DNA from: Iphione sp. A-MEVVRFRX5
Taxonomy: Eukaryota
Direction: 5' to 3'
DNA length: 64,000 bases
Assembly: GCA_976226885.1 (NCBI GenBank)
Contig: OZ320322.1
Span: 49,228,001 to 49,292,000, forward strand
Made by a program: the position numbers and the translations under genes. The notes below the pieces were generated by a model, which had not been told where the DNA came from, did no database searches, and saw nothing but the letters and a program-made list of their open reading frames with translations. Below are positions 1 to 9,273 of this stretch, piece by piece (position 1 is the stretch's first letter; each line of letters starts with the position of its first letter).

Positions 1-2
1 CG

Positions 3-3000
3 GAAGATGAGACCGGCGTGGATAGCAGGCGTGGTAATGGTCAAGAGGACGATGACGACGACGATGATGATGATGATAATGGTGACGATGACAACAGCAT
101 CGACATGGACAATGACGATGGCAACGAGGGTGACGTGGCATATGAGGATCCTGACAGACAAATGTTAAAACTAATAACTAAGGTATCAGAAAGATTCATG
201 CATTACATAAGAGCCCTACCTGTGTTGGGATTCAACTCAGGAAAGTATGACATGAACGTGATGAAGGGTGCGCTGCTCAGACGTCTGAAAAAGGAAGAGG
301 ACGAAGACGAGAGAGAATTATTCGTCATTAAGCGAGCAAATACATATGTGACGGTCGACAATGGAGAACTGAAGTTCCTCGACATTTCACAGTACTTGAC
401 ACCGGGTGTATCGTATGCAAAATTCTTAAAGGCATACGGTGTGGAAGTTCAGAAAGGTGTCTTTTGCTACGAATACCTAGACGGGCCAGAGAGGTTGTCA
501 GAGACGCAACTACCCCCTCACGAGGCATTCTATTCGTCGTTGAAGGGGACAAATATATCGAAAGAAGAATATGAAGACTTGCAGGCGACTTGGATTCGGG
601 AAGGCATGCAATCATTGCGCGACCTGTTGATCCACTACAATAAGCTAGACGTTGGTCCGTTCGTAGAGGGAGTGACACGTCTGCAAGAATTCTACTTCGA
701 TCGAGGAATGGACGTGTTTAAAGTTGCAGTCTCAGCACCGGGTGTGGCTAGGAGACTTCTGTTCCAGTCCGCTCTAAGCAGGGGAGTGAGATTTCCAACC
801 TTCGGACCCAATGAAGAAGACATTTATCAGACATTCAAGAAGAATATAGTAGGCGGTCCGGCCATCGTATTCACAAGAGCACACGAAAAGAACGTAACGT
901 ACATCAGAGACTCGACCAATAAATGTCAATCAATTATTGGTCTCGACGCAAACTCGCTGTATCTTTGTTGCATTGGCAAAGAACATGCAACAGGCACTTA
1001 CGTGAGAAGGAGAGCGACCACGGGATTCAGACGAGAGAAAGCCCCACTCTCTATGACAAGCGTGATATGGATGGAATGGGAGGCGAGGGCCAGACAAGTC
1101 AGCATCTCACATGCCCAAAACAGATACGAAGGTGAAGTGTGGGTGGGTCCATACAGAGTAGACGGAATTGCAACTGCGGCAAAGACTGTGTTTGAGTTCA
1201 ATGGTTGCTATTACCACGGGCATGAATGCTTGAAGGGAAAGACAAAGGAAACTGAGAGAAAGAGGCGTGAAAAACGAACGGAAGTCAGAAAGAAATACAT
1301 AGAGCGTCTAGGTTACTTAGTGGTGACAATGGAAGAGTGCCGCTTCGAAAACATGTTACAAGAAAACGAGGAACTCAAGGAGTATGCCGAACGTTTCATG
1401 CCCTCATTCAGCGCAGCCCACAGAGACAAAGTAACAGAGCAGGATATCATGTCGGCCGTATGTGATGGATCTCTGTTTGGGGCAGTGGAAGTAGACATAC
1501 AAGTGCCCGAGACATGGCCGATGGGAAGGGAACGCAACATGAGTCCTGCCTCTTACTTTGGAGAGATGTGCCCCCTGTTCGGGAATACCATGGTAAACTT
1601 TGACGACATAGGAGAGCACATGAAACGTCATGTGAGGGAACAACGACTGTCCCAGAGGCCGAGACGGTTATTGGTTGCCACCATGAAAGCTAAGAAGACT
1701 CTGGTCATGACACCATTGCTAAAGTGGTATGTCGAGCATGGATTAGTAGTCACGAAAGTACATCAGTCAATCGAGTTTGTACCTCGTGAGTGTTTCAAGT
1801 CATTCGTCGACGATGTTACAGATGCAAGGAGGCGAGGCGACTGCGATGTAGACATGACAATCATAGCCGACACAATGAAACTGATCGGAAATTCTGCCTA
1901 TGGTGGTATCATCATGCAGAAAGAAAAGCAGCATGCCGTAAAGTATTATTCGACCCCGAACCAAGCAGTATTAGCAGTGAACTCGCCTCGCTTTAGACAG
2001 ATGGTGGAACTGAAAGGTCTCTATGAGGTGGAGATGGCGAAGACGCGGATAACCCTGGACATGCCCGTATACGTGGGATTTTCGATCCTGCAATATGCAA
2101 AGTTGGTCATGCTGTCATTTTATTACGACTGCATTGACAGGTTAATGGATCGTTCTAGCTTCGAGTACGTGACGATGGACACGGACAGCGCTTATATCGC
2201 CTTGGCTAGCCCTTTAATCACTGGGGCGATGACAGAAGAAGGACGACGGATATACGAGAGAGACACGATGGGTAATTGTGATGATAATAAGCATCCAAAG
2301 TGGTTCATGAGAGACTGCTGTCCGTCCCACCGCAGGTTCGACCGACGTGTACCAGGAATCATGAAGGAAGAGGCAAAGGGAGAAAAGATCATCGCGTTGA
2401 CCAGCAAGACATATGTATTGGTGAACAGGGAGACAGATCCACCCACAATAAAGATGAGCTGCAAAGGCATATCAAAGGCAAACGTACTGGACCCCATACA
2501 GACATATGAGAGTGTGCTGCAGTCACGTCGAAGCAAAACAGGTAGGAATATTGGTTTTAGACCATGGTTAGGAACAGTATGCACGTATGAGCTGACACGA
2601 GAAGGTTTCACTTATTTTTACGCCAAGCGGAGAGTGCACGAAGATGGCGTACACACATCACCTCTGGATCTGACCCTATGTCCGTGGGGAGACAGTGTGG
2701 GTGACTATTGCATCATCAGTCGACCATGGCATGTGTTGAACCCGCTGTACGAATGTTACTTAGAAGATGGTTTCCTGTCGGCAGAGCACGTGTTCCTATA
2801 TCGTATGGCAGAATTCCATGCAGCACACGACATTGCACGGGCGATTAAGATGAGTGCCAATAGGAAGGAATTCTTAGTACACGCCAACAAAGTGAAGAAG
2901 AGTAAAGAATGGAGAGACGGTGGTGGACAGTTTAGAGCAATGAAAGAAGTGACCAGATTAAAAGTGAGGGCTCTAGGAGAAGTCGTCTCGTCGGCCCTGA

Positions 3001-3155
3001 ACCACACGAAACACATCGTGTACGCGAACAAGGATAAATACTGGGGAGCCGGTATGGACGAGTCGATGGTGGTGATATCGAGCCCTGAAGAGTTCAGAGG
3101 GAGGAACAGAATGGGAGAGATTTGGGAGGACGTCAGACGCGAGCTGAACCAATGA
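3..3155 (+). CDS. polB: Protein-primed family B DNA polymerase (5' part outside window) with Vsr/PD-(D/E)xK-like insertion and C-terminal NADAR-like domain
   Basis: Frame open from position 3. ExoII LGFNSGKYD, ExoIII YNKLDV, pol motifs GLDANSLY, KLIGNSAYG, MDTDS. Insertion YRVDG..VFEFNGCYYHGH. After the usual Polinton end (KRRVHEDGVHTSPL) the frame continues ~155 aa with SAEH, DKYWGAG, GRNRMGEIW motifs. Confidence 0.96.
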   Translation, partial: EDETGVDSRRGNGQEDDDDDDDDDDNGDDDNSIDMDNDDGNEGDVAYEDPDRQMLKLITKVSERFMHYIRALPVLGFNSGKYDMNVMKGALLRRLKKEEDEDERELFVIKRANTYVTVDNGELKFLDISQYLTPGVSYAKFLKAYGVEVQKGVFCYEYLDGPERLSETQLPPHEAFYSSLKGTNISKEEYEDLQATWIREGMQSLRDLLIHYNKLDVGPFVEGVTRLQEFYFDRGMDVFKVAVSAPGVARRLLFQSALSRGVRFPTFGPNEEDIYQTFKKNIVGGPAIVFTRAHEKNVTYIRDSTNKCQSIIGLDANSLYLCCIGKEHATGTYVRRRATTGFRREKAPLSMTSVIWMEWEARARQVSISHAQNRYEGEVWVGPYRVDGIATAAKTVFEFNGCYYHGHECLKGKTKETERKRREKRTEVRKKYIERLGYLVVTMEECRFENMLQENEELKEYAERFMPSFSAAHRDKVTEQDIMSAVCDGSLFGAVEVDIQVPETWPMGRERNMSPASYFGEMCPLFGNTMVNFDDIGEHMKRHVREQRLSQRPRRLLVATMKAKKTLVMTPLLKWYVEHGLVVTKVHQSIEFVPRECFKSFVDDVTDARRRGDCDVDMTIIADTMKLIGNSAYGGIIMQKEKQHAVKYYSTPNQAVLAVNSPRFRQMVELKGLYEVEMAKTRITLDMPVYVGFSILQYAKLVMLSFYYDCIDRLMDRSSFEYVTMDTDSAYIALASPLITGAMTEEGRRIYERDTMGNCDDNKHPKWFMRDCCPSHRRFDRRVPGIMKEEAKGEKIIALTSKTYVLVNRETDPPTIKMSCKGISKANVLDPIQTYESVLQSRRSKTGRNIGFRPWLGTVCTYELTREGFTYFYAKRRVHEDGVHTSPLDLTLCPWGDSVGDYCIISRPWHVLNPLYECYLEDGFLSAEHVFLYRMAEFHAAHDIARAIKMSANRKEFLVHANKVKKSKEWRDGGGQFRAMKEVTRLKVRALGEVVSSALNHTKHIVYANKDKYWGAGMDESMVVISSPEEFRGRNRMGEIWEDVRRELNQ

Positions 3156-3306
3156 TAGTCACACACACACACACACACACACATATAAGAAGCAGCAGCG
3201 ACAACGAGCAGCAGCAGTAGTGGTGGCAGTGGTGCTGGTAGTGTAAAGAAAAAAAAAAGGAAAAGGGAAAGACTCCCTAGAGAGAGAGAGAGATATAGCA
3301 GCGATC

Positions 3307-3942
3307 ATGGAAGTAGAAGTCCCCGACTATACGTTTGCCACCCCGTCCACGATAATGGTGAGCGGGGCCACCTCCTCGGGCAAGACGAGCTTCGTCATAC
3401 AACTGATCCAGAACAGGCAAGCAATGCTACAGTCACCAGTACCAGAAAGGGTAATATACTGCTATGGAGTATGGCAGAGTGCCTTCGATTCATTGATGGA
3501 CCAAGTAGAATTTCGTGAAGGACCCAACATCGATGATGTAAAACACCCCGGAGGCACACTACTGATAATAGATGATCTGATGGACGAGGTCGTTCAAAAC
3601 GAGAAGATCAGGAACCTCTTCACACGTGGCTCACACCATGATCGGATCACGGTAGTCTACCTCAATCAGAATGCGTTCTGCCAAGGCAAGTGTGCCAGGT
3701 CCATCTCATTGAATTCGCAGTACATGGTTTTGTTTAGAAACCCACGAGACGTTCACCAAATCGGACGGTTGAGTAGTCAACTAGGTATGCCAGAGGTAAA
3801 GGCTGCATACGTAGATGCAACAAGGGAACCATACGGTTATTTGGTGATTGACTTACACCCACGCAACAATACAGAAGTGAAGTTGACCAGCCACGTGCTT
3901 CCCGGAGAGCAAGACCGCCCACTCGTGTGGTATAAAAAGTAG
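3307..3942 (+). CDS. A32/FtsK-HerA-type genome packaging ATPase (211 aa)
   Basis: Walker A GATSSGKT, Walker B LLIIDD, GSHH and RSISLNSQY motifs typical of Polinton ATPases; homolog at 62037. Confidence 0.93.
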   Translation: MEVEVPDYTFATPSTIMVSGATSSGKTSFVIQLIQNRQAMLQSPVPERVIYCYGVWQSAFDSLMDQVEFREGPNIDDVKHPGGTLLIIDDLMDEVVQNEKIRNLFTRGSHHDRITVVYLNQNAFCQGKCARSISLNSQYMVLFRNPRDVHQIGRLSSQLGMPEVKAAYVDATREPYGYLVIDLHPRNNTEVKLTSHVLPGEQDRPLVWYKK

Positions 3943-4124
3943 TTGACACATACATTACATACACACACACACACACGTGCGCAGAGAGAGCGAGAGAGTC
4001 AAAACCCAAACCAACCAAGCAACCCAGCCAGACCAACCAACCAACCAACCAACCAACCCACCCCCCATCCAGTCAGTCAGTCAGTCTGTCCATCTGTCAC
4101 GTACATATACATTTATAAAAACAG

Positions 4125-4580
4125 ATGTCAAGTCCACTGTTAAGAGAGCATGCCAGTTTTGTCCGGCTCGTGCTCACTAGCCCGAGTCGCAAACAGGTAG
4201 AGGCTCTGTTCGATACAGCCACACCGGGTCAGCTGGATGCTCTGGGAGAGATTGCACATAACTTGCTCGTGTTGCCGGTGAAGGAAGACATCAAGAGATA
4301 CGCGTGGAAGAGACGGGGTCTGTTATCGCAACTGGGCGGTCGTAAGCTGTCCTACAGAGCCAAGTCGGCACTCGTCAGTAAACACTATCGTCAGTTGCTA
4401 CACTTACTCTCTTCAGTTGAAAACGAGTTGTGGAACCTGACGGAAGGGTCTCGTCCGTCCTTCCCTTCAACAACAACAACAACACGTCCACCAACACCTC
4501 CGTCACCCTCTTTGTTGTCGTCTCAGTCTGAGGAAGAGGAAGAGGAAGAAGAAGGCTACGACACGGTAGATAATTCATAG
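4125..4580 (+). CDS. Conserved Polinton small helical/basic protein with acidic tail (151 aa), possible virion core protein
   Basis: About 105-aa N-terminal region (EHASFVRLVLTSPSRKQVEALFDTAT.GQLDAL.EI.HNLL...KSA.VSKHYRQLLHL) conserved in 62699..63253; tails diverge. Confidence 0.8.
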   Translation: MSSPLLREHASFVRLVLTSPSRKQVEALFDTATPGQLDALGEIAHNLLVLPVKEDIKRYAWKRRGLLSQLGGRKLSYRAKSALVSKHYRQLLHLLSSVENELWNLTEGSRPSFPSTTTTTRPPTPPSPSLLSSQSEEEEEEEEGYDTVDNS

Positions 4581-4627
4581 TAAAAAAAAAAAAAGAAGAA
4601 GGAGGGAGGAGGGAGGGAAGGAAGGAT

Positions 4628-5272
4628 ATGAGAAAATTGGTCTGCATACCACACGAACGTTATCTGTCTCTGCTGAACCAATGGGAGGGAAATACAGCAG
4701 ACCCAATGACTTCTGTACCACCACTACCGACGACGGCGGCGGCGGCGGCGGCGCCGCCGACGACTCCGGCGGCGCCGCCACCACCACAATCGAAGACCAA
4801 TGGCAACAACGAGGAGGAGGAGGCGATGATGATGCGAGGAGGAGTAGTAGGAGGAGGAGGAACAACAACAACAACAACAACAACGCGGGAGAAGCGGAAG
4901 CGGAAGCGACAGGGGGCCCCCGGCGCGCGCGCGTCGCGCGTCGTGCAGCCGCCGCTGCTGCAGCTGCTGCAGCACGCCGACGCCGTCACCGCCGCAGCAG
5001 CACCAGCAGCGACAGCGCCGCCGCAGCCACCGCCGTCGCGCACCGTCGTCGCCGTTCCCGTCGCGCACCGCCACCGTCGCAGCCGCGGCCGCGGCGGCGC
5101 CGCCCGCGCCGGTCATCATCGCGTTCCAACAACCACCAAAAACACAGCAGCAGCAGCAGCAGCAGCAGTACCTCCTCCAGGCGTTCCAATGGACAACAAC
5201 AACAACAACAATACCAACAACAAGAAGAATCTGGTACTGCTCGATTGGACCGGGGGATGGACGAGTATCTGA
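4628..5272 (+). CDS. Low-complexity conserved Polinton ORF preceding the integrase (214 aa)
   Basis: Only the N-terminus MRKLVCIP.ERYL and the C-terminal PPPG(V/I)P...LDWT.GWTSI are shared with 63250..63687; stop overlaps the integrase start by 16 nt in both copies. Confidence 0.7.
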   Translation: MRKLVCIPHERYLSLLNQWEGNTADPMTSVPPLPTTAAAAAAPPTTPAAPPPPQSKTNGNNEEEEAMMMRGGVVGGGGTTTTTTTTREKRKRKRQGAPGARASRVVQPPLLQLLQHADAVTAAAAPAATAPPQPPPSRTVVAVPVAHRHRRSRGRGGAARAGHHRVPTTTKNTAAAAAAAVPPPGVPMDNNNNNNTNNKKNLVLLDWTGGWTSI

Positions 5273-6438
5273 GCGGGATCTACTACGACCCTCGTGAGCC
5301 TGTTGCATTTGGTGGCGCTCGTGAACTGTACAGACGTAGCCAAGCGGACGGACGACCATACACCGTCCGCCAGATCAAGGAGTGGTTGCATGCTCAAGAG
5401 GCCTACACGCTCTTTGCCCCTTCGCCCACTGGTCAAGCAGTGAAGCGACCGCGTGTGGTCGTGTCCGACAAATTCGATCAGTTCGATGCAGACACGGCCA
5501 ACATGACTGCGTGGCGCGATTCAAACGGAGGTATGAGTCATTTCTTAGTCGTAATTGATATCTTCACTCGCTATGCCTGGACCAGACCATTGAAGAGTCT
5601 TACCGCCAACAACGTCCTGGTCGCATTCCGCTCGGTGATGGAGAATGAAGAGGACGGGCGCGTCTGTCGTGTGTTGCGAACAGACGGTGGAAGCGAGTTC
5701 AACAACCGCTATTTCGATCACTATCTGAAGAGTATCGGGGTCAAACACGTCGTTACACGGAACGAGGTCAAGGCCAACTATGCAGAGCGCCTCATCAAGA
5801 CGCTCAAGACTCGCCTCCTGCGCGACATGTACCATCGACAGTCGCACGCATGGGTAGACCGTCTCGCTCCTTTCACCGAGGCGTATAACCACCGCCGTCA
5901 TAGCGCGATCGGGATGACCCCTGCACTCGCCGCTTCGAACAAAACGGATAAGGTGGACCTATGGCGAAGACAATACGCTACGGACAAGGACCCAGCTGCT
6001 CGACGTCGTCATCCTCCCCACCGTTTCCCGTATCGCTTACAAATTGGGGACATTGTGCGACTCGCTCGCTTTAGGCGACCTTTCACGAGGGCTTATGACG
6101 AACAGTGGACACACGAGCTCTTCATGGTCATCGGACGCACCAGACAACGACAGGGTATACCCCAGTACACTATTAAGTCGTGGAACAACGAAAAAATAGA
6201 CGGTCGCTTCTATGGCGAAGAGCTGATCAAGGTCCATGTGGATGACCAGACACGCTATAAGATTGAGAAGGTATTGCGCAAGAAGAAGGTGAATGGTGTC
6301 AGTGGGTACGTCGTGCGCTGGCTCGGTTGGCCCGCACAGTACGACTCGTGGATTAGTGCACGACAGTTGCAGCAGATCAATGCTCCTCCACCAGGACGGG
6401 GAAAAGAAGAAGAAGAAGAAGAAGAAGAAGACAGTTAG
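5257..6438 (+). CDS. int: Retroviral-type (rve) DDE integrase with C-terminal chromodomain (393 aa)
   Basis: ATG at 5257 (MDEYL..IYY) is conserved at 63672. DDE in FDADT, RTDGGSEF, AERLIKTLK. Chromodomain YKIEKVLRKK...YVVRWLGWPAQYDSWI. Confidence 0.95.
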   Translation: MDEYLSGIYYDPREPVAFGGARELYRRSQADGRPYTVRQIKEWLHAQEAYTLFAPSPTGQAVKRPRVVVSDKFDQFDADTANMTAWRDSNGGMSHFLVVIDIFTRYAWTRPLKSLTANNVLVAFRSVMENEEDGRVCRVLRTDGGSEFNNRYFDHYLKSIGVKHVVTRNEVKANYAERLIKTLKTRLLRDMYHRQSHAWVDRLAPFTEAYNHRRHSAIGMTPALAASNKTDKVDLWRRQYATDKDPAARRRHPPHRFPYRLQIGDIVRLARFRRPFTRAYDEQWTHELFMVIGRTRQRQGIPQYTIKSWNNEKIDGRFYGEELIKVHVDDQTRYKIEKVLRKKKVNGVSGYVVRWLGWPAQYDSWISARQLQQINAPPPGRGKEEEEEEEEDS

Positions 6439-6475
6439 ATCTACTACTACTACCACCACCTAAACCCAACATCTC

Positions 6476-6964
6476 ATGGATGTCTATCTACTGGCCACTC
6501 CTCTCTCTAACAAGGACGTTCATCCAAACAACACAGCGGCCGACTTTGTGGTCGAGCTCGCTCGTCCACTCGACCTCGTCGGGGAGTGGGAGTGTGCCAT
6601 GGTCGAAGCGTACTTCTCTACCCGCCTCCGCAACAACCGAGACGTCGTCGTTTGCTGTGACCTGGTGGAGAGCAACTACATGCTCGGTGACTTGCGACCT
6701 GTGGTACGTGTTGTTTGTTTGTCATCCGTGGAGTTCAAACACCCTTGGTACATGCGGGTGAGGGCGAGCCGGATAGAACGATTCCGGGTCTACTGTTCTG
6801 TTCTACACAAAGAGGCTTCTTCCTCTTCCTCCTCCACCACCACCACCACCACCACCACCACCCCCACTACCACCACCACATCCAGTGCAGACGTTCCACA
6901 TATCAGGCGTGCAGTGTTTCACCTGAGGCCAGTTCGAGCAGTCGTGTCATCGAAGCTGGGATGA
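6476..6964 (+). CDS. Minor capsid protein (penton, single jelly roll), compact form with poly-Ser/Thr insertion
   Basis: PNNTAADFVVELARPLDLVGEWECAMVE and VCCDLVE...GD...VVRVV...F..PWYMRV...FHLRP match the two halves of Polinton minor capsid proteins. Confidence 0.8.
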   Translation: MDVYLLATPLSNKDVHPNNTAADFVVELARPLDLVGEWECAMVEAYFSTRLRNNRDVVVCCDLVESNYMLGDLRPVVRVVCLSSVEFKHPWYMRVRASRIERFRVYCSVLHKEASSSSSSTTTTTTTTTPTTTTTSSADVPHIRRAVFHLRPVRAVVSSKLG

Positions 6965-7335
6965 ATTATGTGCCGTATGTCCCCCGATCGGATGCCTTCA
7001 CTCACACTGTGCGTAAACGAACGCATTTCATTGGGAGAGGACCGCCCTTGAAACTAGTTACGCCCGTACAGCAGTCGGTGGAGCGCGCCAAGGCCAACCT
7101 CACAAAGAACGTGTCTCCTCCCGAACCACCTATTGCCACAACAAGCATCAGTGCCGGTGTTCGGCAGAGACCTACCACCTCCATCACCCCCTCCCGAAAG
7201 CGAAAATCATCATCGACGTCATCACGTGTTTCACAAAAGAAACGGAAAAGGCCGACAGCTCCACCACCTGCATCGAAGACAAAGAAGGGAAAGAAGAAGA
7301 ATAATAATACTAAACGTAAGTTCCGAAAATACTGA
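6961..7335 (+). CDS. Small Lys/Arg-rich protein (124 aa), candidate DNA-binding core protein
   Basis: ATG at 6961 overlaps the penton stop (ATGA). YVPYV, IGRG and LVTPVQQSVERAKA motifs recall Polinton small basic ORFs; highly basic C-terminal half. Real start is 6961, not 6715. Confidence 0.7.
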   Translation: MNYVPYVPRSDAFTHTVRKRTHFIGRGPPLKLVTPVQQSVERAKANLTKNVSPPEPPIATTSISAGVRQRPTTSITPSRKRKSSSTSSRVSQKKRKRPTAPPPASKTKKGKKKNNNTKRKFRKY

Positions 7336-7349
7336 GCAGAACGTGGAAA

Positions 7350-8783
7350 ATGGCACATGTCCTTCAAGGTTCTGAGGATGGATTCGGGGTGGATCTCGGA
7401 CTGTTCCAAGTTCCACCTACACAGACTGGCATCCGCGAAGAATACGTCAAAGAATTTCTCCCCGTTGGTGATGTGGTCAGTGATGGGGTGGTGGAATTCA
7501 ACATTCCTAATGACTCTCTTGATTACATCGTCCTCCACAAGACCCGCATGCGAGTGGACGTACAAATTCTGAAGGACGACAATACTCCAATCGGTTCTGT
7601 GGACAAGGTAGGCTTCATCAACATGGGCGCCTCTACCATATTTCAACGCATGGACCTGTCTCTCCAACAAACAGTGATGAACACGGGAGTCGGTGGAGCA
7701 TATCCATACAAGGTCATGTTTGACACGTTACTTCGAGCTGGTCTATCTGATGAGACTGGTTGGTTGAAGGTGTCTGGTTTCTCCAAAGATGATAGTCTGT
7801 TTATGGACGAGCCTATCCGCAATTCCGGTGTAGCAGCACGTTCAGCGAAGACTATCGATGGATCTATTGCCCGTCTCATGACACGTCTCTTCTCCGGTAT
7901 CAGTGATCAGCAGCGACCTCTACTCAATGGCGTACCCGTCAACCTCAAGTTGTATCCCTCGAGCGATGTGTTCCGGCTCATGTATCCCGAATTTACATCA
8001 GCTGGAGGGGGTGGTGGATCATCATCATCATCAACAACAACAGCTGATGGTGGTGGTGGTGGTGGTGGTGGTAATGGGGGAGGAGGAGGAGAAGGAGGAG
8101 GAGGAGGAGAGAAAAGACCGGTCCGCACGTCCAGGACATATCATTTGCGATTGGTGAGAGCAGTGCTGTTCGTCACGTTTGCTCGTCTTCATGAAGGTCT
8201 CATTTTGCACCACCGCACGCAGTTAGACAAGTCGCCTGCTCTATACCCGTTCATACGAAGTGATTATCGCTCCTTCACTCTCCCATCAAACAGTTACGAG
8301 TTTGTTGTTGAAAACGTGTTTCAGGATCGCGTACCCCTTCGACTCGTGACAGCATTGGTGCGAGCATCTGCTTATGCTGGTCATGCTCAAAGAAACCCGT
8401 TCAACTTTCGTCACTTCTCCGCCAATTATATTGCCTTTGAGGTCGATGGGGAGTCGCGCCCTGGTCGCCCCTTTCAACCGGACTTCAATAGGAGCCATAT
8501 AGCTACGCCATATGCTGCCTTGTTCGACGCCTTACCTGCGTGGGGACATCATCAATTCCCCGATATCACAGAAGCCGACTTCAAGAGTGGTTACACCATA
8601 TTCGTCTTCGATTTAGATAAGTGCCGCGAACGAGACTTGTTGTCACCACTTCGCAGAGGCAATACACGTCTGACTATAAAATTTGCCATTGGACTTCCTG
8701 AGACGTGCGTCGCTGTGGTGTGTGGTTCCTTCCCAGCACTCATGAGTATCGACCTGGCTCGAAATGTCACCGTTACAGCCTAA
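7350..8783 (+). CDS. Major capsid protein, double jelly roll (477 aa)
   Basis: N-terminus LGLFQVPPTQTGI...VEFNIP..DYIVL, LLNGVPVNLKL, RNPFNFRHF, F..GYTIFVFDL, GNTRLTIKF as in Polinton PY/hexon-like MCP. Confidence 0.93.
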   Translation: MAHVLQGSEDGFGVDLGLFQVPPTQTGIREEYVKEFLPVGDVVSDGVVEFNIPNDSLDYIVLHKTRMRVDVQILKDDNTPIGSVDKVGFINMGASTIFQRMDLSLQQTVMNTGVGGAYPYKVMFDTLLRAGLSDETGWLKVSGFSKDDSLFMDEPIRNSGVAARSAKTIDGSIARLMTRLFSGISDQQRPLLNGVPVNLKLYPSSDVFRLMYPEFTSAGGGGGSSSSSTTTADGGGGGGGGNGGGGGEGGGGGEKRPVRTSRTYHLRLVRAVLFVTFARLHEGLILHHRTQLDKSPALYPFIRSDYRSFTLPSNSYEFVVENVFQDRVPLRLVTALVRASAYAGHAQRNPFNFRHFSANYIAFEVDGESRPGRPFQPDFNRSHIATPYAALFDALPAWGHHQFPDITEADFKSGYTIFVFDLDKCRERDLLSPLRRGNTRLTIKFAIGLPETCVAVVCGSFPALMSIDLARNVTVTA

Positions 8784-9273
8784 CAACACCGCTTCTGGTC
8801 GCGCATTGTCAAGCGAGGACATTCGTCGCAACATGTCTGCCTACGTGGATGTCCCCTGGGTCGACTCCTTTGAACGATTGCCTGGTGTTCCGCTTCCTCC
8901 TCGTACAACACCCTATGTGTTTGTCGTCAATACAGACTTCGTTGAGCGACCAGGACTACATTGGGTAGTCATTTTACTACCACCATGCAATAAACAGGGC
9001 GAACCCGTACCTGCAGAGTTCTTTGATTCCCTAGGGAAGTCACCCGAAGATCACCAACCTCGTATACGCGATTTCTTAGTGGCTAATTCTCATAGTTATA
9101 CTTATTCTGTTGTTCGGTTGCAAGGCGATCGTCCTGTATGCGGTCATTACTGTTTGGCCTACCTACGTTCTAGGATGAGTGGTTATACTTTTAGTGAATT
9201 TGTGTTGTCGTTTGGTTTAGATCGGAACGAAAATGACCGTCTTGTTCTCTATTATTATTTGCATAATAAGTGA
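8764..9273 (+). CDS. Adenain/Ulp1-like cysteine maturation protease
   Basis: VVNTD...GLHWV, EFFDSLG, RLQ...VCGHYC (His, Asp, Gln, Cys). Start 8764 overlaps the MCP end by 20 nt; alternative ATG at 8833. Confidence 0.92.
   Translation: MSPLQPNNTASGRALSSEDIRRNMSAYVDVPWVDSFERLPGVPLPPRTTPYVFVVNTDFVERPGLHWVVILLPPCNKQGEPVPAEFFDSLGKSPEDHQPRIRDFLVANSHSYTYSVVRLQGDRPVCGHYCLAYLRSRMSGYTFSEFVLSFGLDRNENDRLVLYYYLHNK

Noticed and set aside
4681-5256. 192-aa Arg/Ala/Asn-rich N-terminal extension of the integrase (track ORF 4681..6438), suggesting a dual-coding region
   Set aside because: Produced by stop-free GC-rich trinucleotide tracts. In element B the same frame has a TGA ~170 nt upstream of the conserved ATG, so the start is 5257.
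4575-5436. Several minus-strand ORFs (4575..4883, 4660..5043, 4724..5359, 4986..5189)
   Set aside because: Antisense shadows of low-complexity repeats; homopolymeric products, no counterpart in element B.
7002-7670. 222-aa antisense ORF over the basic protein and MCP, and similar shadows over PolB (2192..2611, 60111..60557)
   Set aside because: Opposite well-supported genes, with no motifs; expected from codon bias.
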